64,000 bases of DNA from Macrostomum lignano. Taxonomy: Eukaryota. Positions 25,438 to 38,270 of the stretch are shown here, in pieces. The position numbers and the translations under genes are program-made. Position 1 is the first letter of the stretch. Every line of letters starts with the position of its first letter. The notes under the pieces are model-generated. The model searched no databases, was not told the origin of the DNA, and saw only the letters and a list, made by a program, of their open reading frames with translations. Location: assembly GCA_002269645.1 (NCBI GenBank), contig NIVC01003176.1, positions 1-64,000 on the forward strand, given 5' to 3'.

Positions 25438-26064
25438 ATGCCAGATAAGATCGTTGTAGCAATCAGCAACAGCTTTAGTTTTCTAATGGAACTGAGAAAC
25501 GCACGCAACGGCGGCGGCGTACCGGCCGCTGTGCAGCGTCGAAGTTACGAGAACAATATCACCTTCTTCCAGTTCATTCTCGATAGTCAAGAGGACGGTC
25601 GTCTGGTGCCAAAGCGGCAGCAGCAACAGCGGCACGTAACTGTTTGGCACGTGTGGCATGCAGACAGTGTCGTTGTCAAGGAACCGGAGTCGGAGACATC
25701 AGGCCGGAGTTACACCGTCCGTCTGCCGAGGAAGTCTCCAGATTCGATCGGGACTGAGGCAGTCATCGAGGATGTGTTCGGCATGGCTTTTAAGATCGAA
25801 AGCTCGACGGATTACCAGCAGTTTTTGAGCAGTTACCATCGGATTGAGTGCCAGGTGACTGGAGCATCGTCGGTTCCTATCGGAGGATCGCCAAGTATTT
25901 ATAAAACACTTGTTGAAGTTGGCGACGCCGCTTCAGACCAGCTGGACGCGGTGCGCATCCGGGAGGTGCTGAATGATGTACACCTGTTCCAGTCGGGGCA
26001 GGTGGACATTGCGAGCAACGCGACAGATGGAGTGCCGTCTTCTGCGCTGTTGATTGAGTACTGA
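25438..26064 (+). CDS. Unknown 208-aa protein, tandem copy 1
   Basis: Non-repetitive, GC-richer ORF, intact in three near-identical copies and downstream of a conserved promoter and spliced leader. I do not recognise the family. The true start is uncertain (see findings). Confidence 0.72.
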   Translation: MPDKIVVAISNSFSFLMELRNARNGGGVPAAVQRRSYENNITFFQFILDSQEDGRLVPKRQQQQRHVTVWHVWHADSVVVKEPESETSGRSYTVRLPRKSPDSIGTEAVIEDVFGMAFKIESSTDYQQFLSSYHRIECQVTGASSVPIGGSPSIYKTLVEVGDAASDQLDAVRIREVLNDVHLFQSGQVDIASNATDGVPSSALLIEY

Positions 26065-27049
26065 TTGAGTACTGATCATTGTGCATTGATGACGCGCGAA
26101 TTTGACTAAGTTTCACTGAGCATACTAAATAACTAAGTAGTACTTGTTCAACATTTCTGCTCAGTTGATCGGCACCGATGCAACACCCGCTTGGTCGCTG
26201 ACTAAATACAAGTTTTAGCAAACACCTTTAAAATCTGCTTCTTTGTGTTGCGTTTAATTTCCTTTTTCTGTATGCAATAATTGTATAAAAGTCGTAGTTG
26301 TTACTGTCTATGGATCAATAGTTCGTAAATCAAATTTGATTAAGTAGTTGAGAAACAATAATTGAGTGCTTGTACGTTGACCTGATCTGAATGTGAGAGA
26401 TCACAAATGGGATAGCAAATAAATCCTGGGCTCCAGAGCAGTTTGTTGGTAAACATGACCGTTTTGGCTTCCGACTAAGAGTCCGACTGAGGTCACATTG
26501 GTTTGCCCAACGCTCCCTCCGCCCGTCCCAGCAGAGAAGATCTCTAGTGGTATCGACCGAGAGGCCCGGCGGCCCGCGCATAGTGCCGGTTGTGTCATCG
26601 GTAGAGCCCACCTTGAGAATGGGGTCACAATTGAAGATCAATAACTACATTTTGGCGCATCATTTTATCTAGATAAATTGTACTTTACATGTATAGCGCT
26701 TGATTCTCAAATAGGAATGGTGCTTGCTTGTTTATCTAATCACTCTAGCCATAGGGTTATCGACTATACCTGTCACGCTAGTCTTTTGTCTGTAACTCTG
26801 TACACTCCTTGGTTATCTGATGCTGGCAGCGGCAGGGCAGACAGAAGACAATTAAGAGAATAGAGGCAGAATTACAATATGCAATGAAATTCTGCACTTC
26901 TCCCAAAGTCGACGTCGGTCAGCGGTCGGCTACTGACATTGGTCATACGTCCGCCGACGTCGAATTTCCGTACGGGTCTCAAGGTCGTTGTCATTGACGA
27001 CGAATATGCATAGATGTACCCACCCTAGGGAGAATGCAGTCCGTTTACT

Positions 27050-27215
27050 ATTGGCTACAGCTGCTGCGATAATCACTCAACCCCCGCCACCCTTCCCCAT
27101 TCGCATACTGCCCCCAACCCCTCCCCCTCTATAAATTATCGGACGGAGGCGCTGTTGAGGCTTCACCTGCCTTCTCTTTCGACACATTTTTAAATGGAGT
27201 CAATTCTGGGTAAGT
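27050..27215 (+). promoter_or_regulatory. Promoter and first leader exon of unknown-gene copy 2
   Basis: ATTGG 27050, TATAAAT 27130, donor at 27210; homologous to copy 1. Confidence 0.7.
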
Positions 27216-28931
27216 TAAACTTTAGTTGTAATTGTTGCTTATCTATAATAATATTTTATCTGGTTTTACAAATCAATGCGGTGGTTTGTACATGTACAAT
27301 TAGTATAACCCTTAAGCGAGTTGCTTCAAATGTACATGTACTATTCATAGTATTAATATAGTACTAGGCCATTTAAAACTATTAAATATACATCTATATA
27401 CTGAGCTAAGACGAGCGGATGAGACTACTACTGGTACAAATCTCAGTCTAATAGAGCTAAGTTTAAAGGCAATAAAGGCAATTTTAAGGGCAATTTAGAT
27501 AAATTATTTGATAAGCATGCAAGCTTGATAGACGTTTACTTTATTAATTTAGCTATAGATAGACTACGTACTAGCTTATAAGCACTGTCTGATCGGACTC
27601 CAGTGTGAGCTCTTCTATGCAAAAATAATGGAATGCACCCAATAAATATATGGAAACGTTCTGGCCACAAGTAGAAACTAACGTTCCGAATTTAAATCAG
27701 GCACTTAAAACTCGCTGGTTTTAACAGCATGGAGTTAATAATTTATTATTATGACAGCTTCTGAAACTTTGCAGAAATTATAAGGCACCTTTTAACTCAG
27801 TACTGTAAACGAAAACATGGAACTAAAACTCACCGTCTAGGTTGTTCCTTGTGAGCAATGCATTTATGTAAAACCAGGAACTGCACACCCAGTTCTAATA
27901 ATAGAACCGCCCCGCAAGACTGCGAATGCTGTTGGTCAAGAACTAGGTACTGTGGGAATAAAAAGCCGATCGATCATCGCATATTTTTGTAACAAGGTAG
28001 TACCCGAAATCTATTTTAAATGCAATCTAAAATCTATTCATTTCCTGAACTCATTTATTACTGGTAGTTACGAAACTACACTAATGGCCGCAGCGAAAAA
28101 AGATTTAATCGCCACCATTGTCAAGATGACGTCGGCTCTTGACAATAAAGAAAGTTCAGTTAAAGAACGCAAACTAAACGCATGAAAGGATGAGTTTCCA
28201 CTACTACCATTACCACTCGTAGCAGAAAGACAGCTCATTTACACAGCCTAGTTGCAGTTATAGTTACTAACTTTCTCATCCTTTTCGCACTCACATATTT
28301 GGCCTATTAGGGTGTTAACGATAAGGTATAGCGGTGGACAGTCGGTGTGTCAGACAATCCAACATTCACCCTCAGCGGCAGCAAAAAACTATAGGATTTA
28401 TTTTCTCTTCACATGAAAAATCATGTGATGCTTGGTGGAACTCCGTAGTTCTCGTTTTACAAACTTTCATACTCTGGTATGTTTGTACATGTATGCAGAA
28501 ATACTTTCATAACAAGCTTGAAACAACTCAATTCTTCTTCCCCCGCTCCTCTTCTCACCCGTTTCCAGGGTAAACAACCTGAAATCCCAGAGGTGATCCT
28601 CGGCTGAGCAGGCCCGGCGGTGGCGGTGCCGGTAATCGTGCTTTTTGTGCATAGTCTGGCAAAAGAAAACAAACAGAACTTTTTACTTAACTTCCTGATG
28701 TCAATCGAACCCAAACAACAACCAAAAACTTCTCTGTGCGGTAGTTGTGCTTCTATTATTACTTCGAACAAAGCAAACGAATTGTCTACTAAACTTCCTG
28801 ATGTCAGTCGAAACACAGAATCACCACAACCTGCATCGTCGCTGCTGTTCAACATCGCCTCCGTCCGGCGCCCATCAGGATGGAGGAGCCGACGGTGATT
28901 TCGAATAGCAACTATCATTGGTCAGATTTGA

Positions 28932-29558
28932 ATGCCAGATAAGATCGTTGTAGCAATCAGCAACAGCTTTAGTTTTCTAATGGAACTGAGAAACGCACGC
29001 AACGGCGGCGGCGTACCGGCCGCTGTGCAGCGTCGAAGTTACGAGAACAATGTCACCTGGTTCCAGTTCATTCTCGATAGTCAAGAGGACGGTCGTCTGG
29101 TGCCAAAGCGGCAGCAGCAACAGCGGCACGTAACTGTTTGGCACGTGTGGCATGCAGACAGTGTCGTTGTCAAGGAACCGGAGTCGGAGACATCAGGCCG
29201 GAGTTACACCGTCCGTCTGCCGAGGAAGTCTCCAGATTCGATCGGGACTGAGGCAGTCATCGAGGATGTGTTCGGCATGGCTTTTAAGATCGAAAGCTCG
29301 ACGGATTACCAGCAGTTTTTGAGCAGTTACCATCGGATTGAGTGCCAGGTGACTGGAGCATCGTCGGTTCCTATCGGAGGATCGCCAAGTATTTATAAAA
29401 CACTTGTTGAAGTTGGCGACGCCGCTTCAGACCAGCTGGACGCGGTGCGCATCCGGGAGGTGCTGAATGATGTACACCTGTTCCAGTCGGGGCAGGTGGA
29501 CATTGCGAACAACGCGACAGATGGAGTGCCGTCTTCTGCGCTGTTGATTGAGTACTGA
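28932..29558 (+). CDS. Unknown 208-aa protein, tandem copy 2
   Basis: 4 nt differences from copy 1 (I41V, F43W, and S->N near the C-terminus). Confidence 0.72.
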   Translation: MPDKIVVAISNSFSFLMELRNARNGGGVPAAVQRRSYENNVTWFQFILDSQEDGRLVPKRQQQQRHVTVWHVWHADSVVVKEPESETSGRSYTVRLPRKSPDSIGTEAVIEDVFGMAFKIESSTDYQQFLSSYHRIECQVTGASSVPIGGSPSIYKTLVEVGDAASDQLDAVRIREVLNDVHLFQSGQVDIANNATDGVPSSALLIEY

Positions 29559-29944
29559 TTGAGTACTGATCATTGTGCATTGATGACGCGCGAATTTGAC
29601 TAAGTTTCACTGAGCATACTAAATAACTAAGTAGTACTTGTTCAACATTTCTGCTCAGTTGATCGGCACCGGTGCAACACCCGCTTGGTCGCTGACTAAA
29701 TACAAGTTTTAGCAAACACCTTTAAAATCTGCTTCTTTGTGTTGCGTTTAATTTCCTTTTTCTGTATGCAATAGTTGTACAAATATTCGTAGTTGTTACT
29801 GTCAGTGGATCAATAGTAGTTAGTAGTAAGACGGATTTCTGAAAAAGTAAAAGTATTGAAAAACATTTATTCAGTGCTTGTACGTTGACCTACCCTAGCT
29901 GAATGTGACGTATTCACAAATGAAATGACGGATCTAGCAAATAA

Positions 29945-30914
29945 AATTCCGGGCAAGCGCCGAAAAATCAGAAAGCCGTGGATCACCAGAGGTCCTCGAT
30001 AGCTGCGACAGACGACGTGAGCTACGAAGCAAAAGACACGTGGGTCGCGGGAAAGAAAAGATGGACGAGTACAGAAAAAAGGAATTGCGAATACAATTCT
30101 GATAGCATGCAGCCAAATAAGAATGTGCAGAGGAACAATCAAGGCTGGTGGAAAGCAACTCTAAGAGGAACAACACGAGAGAAGCCTATATAATAATCAA
30201 GAAACTAACGTGATGGAAAGACACAAAAAACAAATGAATGTTGTAGAAGGTCGCGAAAGAGCACTACAGACCAAATTGCCAACTTGCTAGCGTGAAAAGG
30301 CTAGAAATCAACGGAAAATAATATCACAATTTGATTACTTCAAAAAGGCCTTTGACAGGGCGAAGCGCTTTGGCACACAATGAAAAAATACAACATCGAA
30401 GAAGACATCACGAGAGTAATTAAGCGACTGTATGAAGAAGCTAAGACTAAATTTATAGCAGGTGACCAGTACAGATACTGGTTTAGGGCAACGGTGAGAG
30501 TGAGACAAGAATTTATCCTATCAGCCACTCACAATTCAAACTTGTCCTGGAAAGGATAATTACAGAAACTATGGAGGAACTGAATGAGGTCGAAATCAGC
30601 TGCGGAGGCATGAAAATCAACAACTTAGAGTTTGCATGGACGACATCGATTTGATTGACAAGGTGAGGAAGAATTACAAGAATTGACAACGAAACTAGAC
30701 AGAACTAGAAGAAAGTTGGAATGCAAGTCAGCAAGGAAAATAGTAAGACAATGGTGTCAGGGAATGGGGGAGTCGGGCTAGGGATTGTGATTGATGGAGA
30801 AGAACTGAAATAGGTGAAGAAGCTTAAAATATCTGGGGGCAACCATCATGGAGAATGGGACCTCGGAGGAAGAGATCATATAGAATCCGCATTGGCGTCG
30901 CAGCCAGCTCAATG
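29945..30914 (+). mobile_element. Decayed RTE-clade LINE, 5' part
   Basis: Frameshifted KPWIT.EVLDSCDRRRELRSKR, AYIIIKKLT, D.FKKAFDR, KLVLERII, INNL.FA, KTMV, IRIGVAASSM. Confidence 0.85.
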
Positions 30915-32751
30915 ATAATGCGAGGACCACTAGAAGTTGCCGTTGTATCAACAACAGGTAGCGGAAGTCTCGACACTCTGCAATGGTGTCGCCGCTAGGG
31001 AGGATCAGAGCAGGGGCGTTCGCGATGCCGACGTGTAGGACCTCGGTTTTTGGCGTTAATTCTCAGACCAACTCGCTCGCCTTCTTGATAGAGACGGGAG
31101 AGGGTGCGCTAATTAAGCGGCTTCAGGGTCACGGCAGGAGAGGGCTTTGTTGTCTGCGAACCCGAGGGCAGCGATTGTGACACCCGGTGAAACGTCGGCT
31201 CCTGCGGCGTGCGACGACAAAACCGTTTTCTTTTCGAGCGAGCGGCGGGGTACGTAATCGAGCACAACGATGAAGATGAAATGGGCGAGGGTGTCTTCTT
31301 GCAGGACGCCAGAGCTGGTGGAGAAGTCATCTGTGCGATCCTGGCGGAGCTAGGTAAAAGCTTTGGTGTTACTATATAGGTAACGCGCAGAACTCCGGAA
31401 GCGGCCGCCAGAATAAATGGGACGACAGAGCGATCGATGGTGTCAAAGGTTTTGATGAAATCAACAAAGATAACGCTATCGTGATCGTGTGGCTTAGCCT
31501 GCATGTTTCGAGAATGTGCTGGGCGGTAGCAATTTGCGTTGGTTGACCGGCCCGGACGAAATCGGCGAGCAGAAGTGGGTCGATGACACGCACGAGCCGT
31601 TTTCTCAGAATCGAGTTGAGCAGTTTGGGAAGCGTGCACTCGAGCGCAATTCCTCTCTGGTTGTTCAGGTCGGTCGGGATGCCCTTCTTCGGGATTGATG
31701 CAATTTTTTATATCCGTCACGTCTCCGGGGCCAGGGTGGAATGGTTGCCTCCGATTTGCGAGTTGTTGCATGTAAGTAGAGCCGTGAAGATGCGTCAGTT
31801 CAGGCAGCTTGAGCACCCTGAGAAGGATGCAATCAAGGCCCGCAGCAGCATCGGGCTACATCATGTCAAGGGCGTAACGAATTTCACTCAGTGATGGGTT
31901 CAACATCGAAGTCGCTCTCTTTTGCCGGGTTGAGGCCCGGGATAGGGAGGAGGATCTGAGTCGCAGGTGACGGTGCGTTAAAGACACGGCTGTAGTGTTC
32001 CACCAGCTTTTGCTTCCTGTCCTCGATCGACTCAGCCCCGACAGCTGATTGTCCTTCCTTCCTGTCAAGTTGTTGATGGCCCGCCAGGCAGCTCTGGCAA
32101 CGCAAATTCTCTTCTTCTCCACGAACTTCTTCGATGAAGAGACCTCGCACCGGTAAACGGCTTCCTCAAATGTTATTGCAAACTGCCAACTTTCTTCGGC
32201 ATGAGAGGACGCGTGACGCGCCTTGATTGGCTGCTCTGCCCTCGTTCTCACATCACACATCAACAAGGTGCGCAAGGTCGTCAACATTCGACCAGCTTGC
32301 ACCCCCTCTGATCACAGTCTGCTTGCTTGCGAAGTGAAACTGCAATGGCTCATATTCAAGACTCTATTCCCTCTCCAAGCCAACCTTCGCAACCCTGACA
32401 CGAAAACCAAGTTCGTCAGGCGTATCTTCGAATCTGACAGAAATCCAGCGGTTTCCGCCAAATCCTTCGCCCCAGCTGTTAAAACTGCTGCTCCTCTAAA
32501 ACCTCTCATCTTCCCAAAGCGGTCTGTGACGCCGACCCACACATCGACAAGGCCAGGCGAGCGTTCAAAGCGTCATCGCTAAATGGGATCCCAACAGTGA
32601 AGCTCCCGCTCGTGCAAGGGAAGATCTCCAGAAAACCTATGCTCAACACACCAAGATGCATGTGGAAGAAGCCGTCAAGGAGATCAGCTCTGCGACTGAG
32701 GCGTCGCAACACAGAGCTGCCTGGCGCACCATCAACAAGTTCAGGAGGTAT
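30915..32751 (-). mobile_element. Second decayed LINE (RTE-like) inserted in the first, with an inverted 5' segment
   Basis: Minus strand 32222->30930: AAWRAINNLTGRK, IFVDFIKTFDTIDR, GVLQEDTLAHF, ALGFADN. Plus strand 32223-32750: endonuclease end PSDHSLL and linker EEAVKEI..AAWRTINKF. Confidence 0.82.
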
Positions 32752-33037
32752 TGGGAAAGGAACCAGCATATGTAGAGGAGATCATCAAGCGGAGAAAGCT
32801 TAAATATTACGGACATCAGACGCGGAATTAGAGAGCTTGGCAAATGTCTGTGTTCAAGGAGCAATGGAAAATAAAAGAAGAGGAACCCACCGAAAAGCCA
32901 ATGGGAAGATGACCTGAAGGAATGGACCGGATGGACAATGGAGAGGTTAAGAAGAGCAGCGAAGGACAGGCAGTGGTAGCGGAAGCTGCTGCATGAATGG
33001 ATGCCCCCACGGCCATGACTGCTACGTCGGTAAAAAG
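32752..33037 (+). mobile_element. Decayed RTE-clade LINE, 3' end (continuation of 29945-30914)
   Basis: IIKRRKLKYYGH, QGAMENKRRG, WEDDLKEWTG, AKDRQW. Confidence 0.85.
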
Positions 33038-33244
33038 ACGTTGATCTTAAATGTCTAGTGCGAGCGTACGCACTACGATGGTCAATCAGTACAAAAAAGG
33101 TAGCTTCCAATCTTGATTACATTGCATATACGCGTCACTGTGACTCGAAAGTTGACAACATGGTTTTCAGATAAACTGACCCCCTCGGTCTCAAAGTGCA
33201 CCTTAACTTGGTCTTAAGTGGAATCTACCTCGGTCTCAAAGTGG

Positions 33245-33537
33245 CCTCTTCCTCGGTCACAAATTGAACTCTTCCTCGGTCACAAATTGAACTCTTCCTC
33301 GGTCACAAATTGAACTCTTCCTCGGTCACAAATTGAACTCTTCCTCGGTCACAAATTGAACTCTTCCTCGGTCACAAATTGAACTCTTCCTCGGTCACAA
33401 ATCGAACTCTTCCTCGGTCACAAATTGAGCTCTTCCTCGGTCACAAATTGAACTCTTCCTCGGTCACAAATTGAACTCTTCCTCGGTCACAAATCGAACT
33501 CTTCCTCGGTCACAAATTGAACTCTTCCTCGGTCTCA
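33245..33537. repeat. 23-bp minisatellite
   Basis: Unit AACTCTTCCTCGGTCACAAATTG; related to the array at 37680-38270. Confidence 0.95.
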
Positions 33538-33611
33538 CAGGTTTTTCCCCATGTTTTCCAAATTTTCAGCACATTTTTATACATAACTAATAAATTTATT
33601 ACAATAAATTC

Positions 33612-33706
33612 TGTTCTTGGGTGGCACTTTGAGCAATTGTATACGTGATCAAACAAATTTAACCAATCACACTGCGAACGCGGGCAATCCTGGTGCGGGA
33701 TATTCC
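33612..33706 (-). pseudogene. Duplicated, degraded fragment of the ROPN1L last codons and 3' UTR
   Basis: GGGTGGCACTTTGAGCAATTGTATAC...GCGGGCAATCCTGGTGC matches ~38479-38570. Confidence 0.8.
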
Positions 33707-33729
33707 GGAATTATCTATAGAGAAGGGGC

Positions 33730-33960
33730 TCCGAGGAAGGCATATTCATGCTTTCAAAGGCTGTAGAGGGCCATGTTGGGCGCCCATAGTAGTTATGCGG
33801 CAGGTTCTGCCCTGGATTCTGTAGGGAGCGTCGAGGTTACCCTTGACGCTAAGGCCGATAGCCCACACGAGGCTGGCGAAACTGATGGAGGGGCGGATAA
33901 TGGCAGTGTAAATTCACCGCAGCTTCTTGGGAATGAGCCCCAAAGGTGGTGCTCACGGAG
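33730..33960 (-). mobile_element. Short LINE fragment (RT C-terminal region, R1/LOA/I-group-like)
   Basis: Minus frame GLIPKKLR*IYTAIIRPSISFASLVW...RIQGRTCRITTMGA resembles the WGL.P..L.WIY.A+IRP.+.Y...VW..LQR.AC..ITGA region. Confidence 0.7.
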
Positions 33961-34295
33961 CACCTAGTCTAGTTAAATACATTTTGCACATGTTATTCTG
34001 GTTTAACTTTTCAGCTACATGTGTAAGCAAGTAGCTCATGTGTAAATACCAGCAATTTCGGCCGATTACTCGTATATTTAATGAATTAGATTAGGGTTCG
34101 TTTCGTGCTAATATACGAGCTACTTGTGGTGACCGGCCTGAGTATTCGTTCCGATCGTTGGATCGTTTCAATGAAATTGATTTTTAGGTTTCAGAAATTG
34201 AGGTTGGCTGTACAACTACTATAAGTAGTTATGCAAAACTAGCAACTAAAGATTACAATTTTATGTATGAAGTGCTATGTACATATTCTCGTATA

Positions 34296-34578
<283 letters not shown>

Positions 34579-35094
34579 ATGTTTTTGGACTGTGTGGTTC
34601 AAGCATCGCGAGCCCTAAGAGTCATAAAAATACATGTAGTAAATATAGTAAGATGGCTATAGCTGCTGTTATACTGTATATTGTCCCTTTCATTTTTTTG
34701 TTTGCTGAGCACAGTGGGCCGCTTCAGTCTCAGAAGTATCAAGGCCCAAGAGTCCAAGATCCACATCAGACAAGTGCCCGTGTACACTCCTTTGTTATCT
34801 GATGCTGGCAGCGGCAGGGGCAAGACAGACAGACAATTAAGACAATACATGTAGAGGCAGAATTACAATGGAATGCAATGGAATTTTCCACACTTCCCCC
34901 AGAGTCGCAGTAAATCCAGTGTTCCGTGCGTGAGCCTCTCAAGGTTGTTGTCATTGATGGCGAATGTGCATAGCCGTGACCAACCTTAATGAGAGGGGAT
35001 TGGGGAGGGTGTTGAATTCTGGCACTACATCTAAAAAACTCTCTTGTGGAAAATTCCTCTCCAATACTCGTAAAACCTCGTGTGTCCGTTTACT

Positions 35095-35266
35095 ATTGGC
35101 TACAGAGACAGCTGCTGCGATAATCGCTCAACCCCACCGCCACCCCCTCCGCGGGAGCCCCCAACCCCTCCCTGCCCCCTCTATAATTATCGGACGAAGG
35201 CGCAGTTGAGGCTTCGCCTGCCTTCTTTTTTGACACATTTTTAAATGGAGTCAATTCTGGGTAAGT
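35095..35266 (+). promoter_or_regulatory. Promoter and first leader exon of unknown-gene copy 3
   Basis: ATTGG 35095, TATAATT 35182, donor at 35261. Confidence 0.7.
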
Positions 35267-36596
35267 TGGGTTGTAATTGTTGATTGTCTAATGTCTAATA
35301 TTATTTTGTGCTGTTTAGTTAGCTGTTTTGGTAATCAATTCAGTGGCTGTATAATTACTATAATTACTAGTCTTTATCTGCTCGTCTTAGCTTGGTATAA
35401 AGATGTTAGAGTAAAAGTCGGCCATGCTTGTTTGTCTAAATTGCTATCATATATACTTATTGCTCCAATTGTAAATAAACTTCCTATAGTATAGTATAAA
35501 ACCGTGAAAACTTGAAATACATGAAAATGCAATGCCATAATTATAATAATAAATAACTAGCCTTATTCATTCAGCTCAATCGCTGCAAGTCAGCTATAGT
35601 CTATATAAGATAGCATAGGCCTTCTAAGCACAGGCGAAACGGACTGAGCAAAAAATCCTTGAAAAGTTGTCCAACTACTACCTGTATAAACTAAAATGTA
35701 AGTGTGCTGCATTCTAATAAAATTTAATTCTAAAAGACGGTGAAGTGTGAATGTTATTTAAGTCAACTGTTCGTAATTTTTTGCGTTTATTTTGCAAAAT
35801 TGCACGCACAATAATATAAAAGTAATAATAATATTTTGCAGCCGTGTGGATTCCAAAGGAAAATTTCCTGCAAATTCCTGTAGAAATTGTTTTGGCCTTT
35901 CGGAAAAAGTACGCCTCTAAAATTTCCGGGAAACTGTTGAGAAAATGACTACAATGCACTATGCAAGGTTTCCCTGTAGAGGTATAGGTACCCTGTATAG
36001 CAAGACAACTCATGTACACTGCTGATCTGCAGTTAGTTACTTAACTTTCTCACTCTCTCTGCGAACTCGTATCGGCCTATAGGGTAGCGATGGCCATGCA
36101 GTCAGTCAGTGTAGGTCAGGGAGTCCCGCATCCACCCTAAGTGACAACGAAAAACTGTATGAGTTCTTTTTTCTTCTCATAAAAAACTCATGTGATGCTT
36201 GGAAGAACTGTGTTGTCCGTTTATACAAACCTTCATATGCTATACTACTTATTGTTGTCTCAGCAGTATATCATGTACATTATGCATAAAAACTTTTCTA
36301 ACAAGCATTAAACAACTCAATCTTTCTTCCGCCACTCCTTAACCGTTGTCAGGGTAAACAACCTGAAATCCCAGAGGTGATCCTCGGCTGAGCAGGCCCG
36401 GCGGTGGCGGTGCCGGTAGTCGTGCTTTTTGTGCGGAGTCTGGCTAAAAACTTCTCTACTTCTTTATGTCAGTCGAAACACAGAATCACCACAACCTGCA
36501 TCGTCGCTGCTGTTCAACATCGCCTCCGTCCGGCGCCCATCAGGATGGAGGAGCCGACGGTGATTTCGAATTGCGACTATCATTGGTCAGATTTGA

Positions 36597-37223
36597 ATGC
36601 CAGATAAGATCGTTGTAGCAATCAGCAACAGCTTTAGTTTTCTAATGGAACTGAAAAAGGAACGCAACGGCGGCGGCGTACCGGCCGCTGTGCAGCGTCG
36701 AAGTTACGAGAACAATGTCACCTGGTTCCAGTTCATTCTCGATAGTCAAGAGAACGGTCGTCTGGTGCCAAAGCGGCAGCAGCAACAGCGGCACGTGACT
36801 GTTTGGCACGTGTGGCATGCAGACAGTGTCGTTGTCAAGGAACCGGAGTCGGAGACATCAGGCCGGAGTTACACCGTCCGTCTGCCGAGGAAGTCTCCAG
36901 ATTCGATCGGGACTGAGGCAGTCATCGAAGATGTGTTCGGCATGGCTTTTAAGATCGAAAGCTCGACGGATTACCAGCAGTTTTTGAGCAGTTACCATCG
37001 GATTGAGTGCCAGGTGACTGGAGCATCGTCGGTTCCTATCGGAGGATCGCCAAGTATTTATAAAACACTTGTTGAAGTTGGCGACGCCGTTTCAGACCAG
37101 CTGGACGCGGTGCGCATCCGGGAGGTGCTGAATGATGTACACCTGTTCCAGTCGGGGCAGGTGGACATTGCGAACAACGCGACAGATGGAGTGCCGTCTT
37201 CTGCGCTGTTGATTGAGTACTGA
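36597..37223 (+). CDS. Unknown 208-aa protein, tandem copy 3
   Basis: 7 nt differences from copy 2 (R20K, N21K, A22E, D53N, one A->V, 2 synonymous). Confidence 0.72.
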   Translation: MPDKIVVAISNSFSFLMELKKERNGGGVPAAVQRRSYENNVTWFQFILDSQENGRLVPKRQQQQRHVTVWHVWHADSVVVKEPESETSGRSYTVRLPRKSPDSIGTEAVIEDVFGMAFKIESSTDYQQFLSSYHRIECQVTGASSVPIGGSPSIYKTLVEVGDAVSDQLDAVRIREVLNDVHLFQSGQVDIANNATDGVPSSALLIEY

Positions 37224-37679
37224 TTGAGTACTGATCATTGTGCATTGATGACGCGCGAATTTGACTAAGTTTCACTGAGCATACTAAATAGCTAAGTAGT
37301 ACTTGTTCAACATTTCTGCTCAGTTGATCGGCACCGGTGCAACACCCGCTTGGTCGCTGACTAAATACAAGTTATAACAAACATCTTTAGAACCTAGCTG
37401 CTTGTTTGTATTGCGTTTAATTTCCTTTTTCTGTATGCAATAGTTGTACAAATATTCGTAGTTGTTACTGTCTATGGATCGCTACATGTAGTTAGTAAAT
37501 CAGATTTGATTAAGTGTGGGAGCAAAAGTTTGAGCGCTTTGTACTCGTACGTTGACCTTAAATGTCTATGAGCGTCCTTATAGTACCCAAGCCTGGAAAG
37601 CAACACAGCACGGAATTCGGATCGCAAGGAACACAGAGGTGAAGCAACGGCCTCCACAAACTTCAATCCGGAGGCTCCG

Positions 37680-38270
37680 GAAGTGGACTTTTCCTCGGTC
37701 TCAAATTGGACTCTTCCTCAGTCTCACAGTGGACTCTTCCTCAGTCTCACAGTGGACTCTTCCTCAGTCTCACAGTGGACTCTTCCTCAGTCTCACAGTG
37801 GACTCTTCCTCAGTCTCACAGTGGACTCTTCCTCAGTCTCACAGTGGACTCTTCCTCAGTCTCACAGTGGACTCTTCCTCAGTCTCACAGTGGACTCTTC
37901 CTCAGTCTCACAGTGGACTCTTCCTCGGTCTCACAGTGGACTCTTCCTCAGTCTCACAGTGGACTCTTCCTCGGTCTCACAATGGACTCTTCCTCAGTCT
38001 CACAGTGGACTCTTTCTCAGTCTCAAATTGGACTTTTCCTCGGTCTCACAGTGGACTCTTCCTCAGTCTCACAGTGGACTCTTCCTCGGTCTCACAATGG
38101 ACTCTTCCTCAGTCTCACAGTGGACTCTTTCTCAGTCTCAAATTGGACTTTTCCTCGGTCTCACAGTGGACTCTTTCTCAGTCTCAAATTGGACTCTTCC
38201 TCGGTCTCACAATGGACTCTTCCTCGGTCTCACAGTGGACTCTTCCTCAGTCTCGCACACTGGACTCTTT
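37680..38270. repeat. 23-bp minisatellite between copy 3 and ROPN1L
   Basis: Unit GACTCTTCCTCAGTCTCACAGTG; explains three overlapping periodic ORFs. Confidence 0.96.

Noticed and set aside
26080-26205. TGATGA and two CTGA boxes in the conserved 3' UTR (C/D snoRNA- or SECIS-like)
   Set aside because: No terminal stem, no recognisable rRNA guide and no SECIS helix; conservation is explained by recent duplication or conversion.
25877-26221. Antisense 114-aa ORF present in copies 1 and 2, shorter in copy 3
   Set aside because: Shadow of near-identical sense sequence; TTG start and no independent signals.
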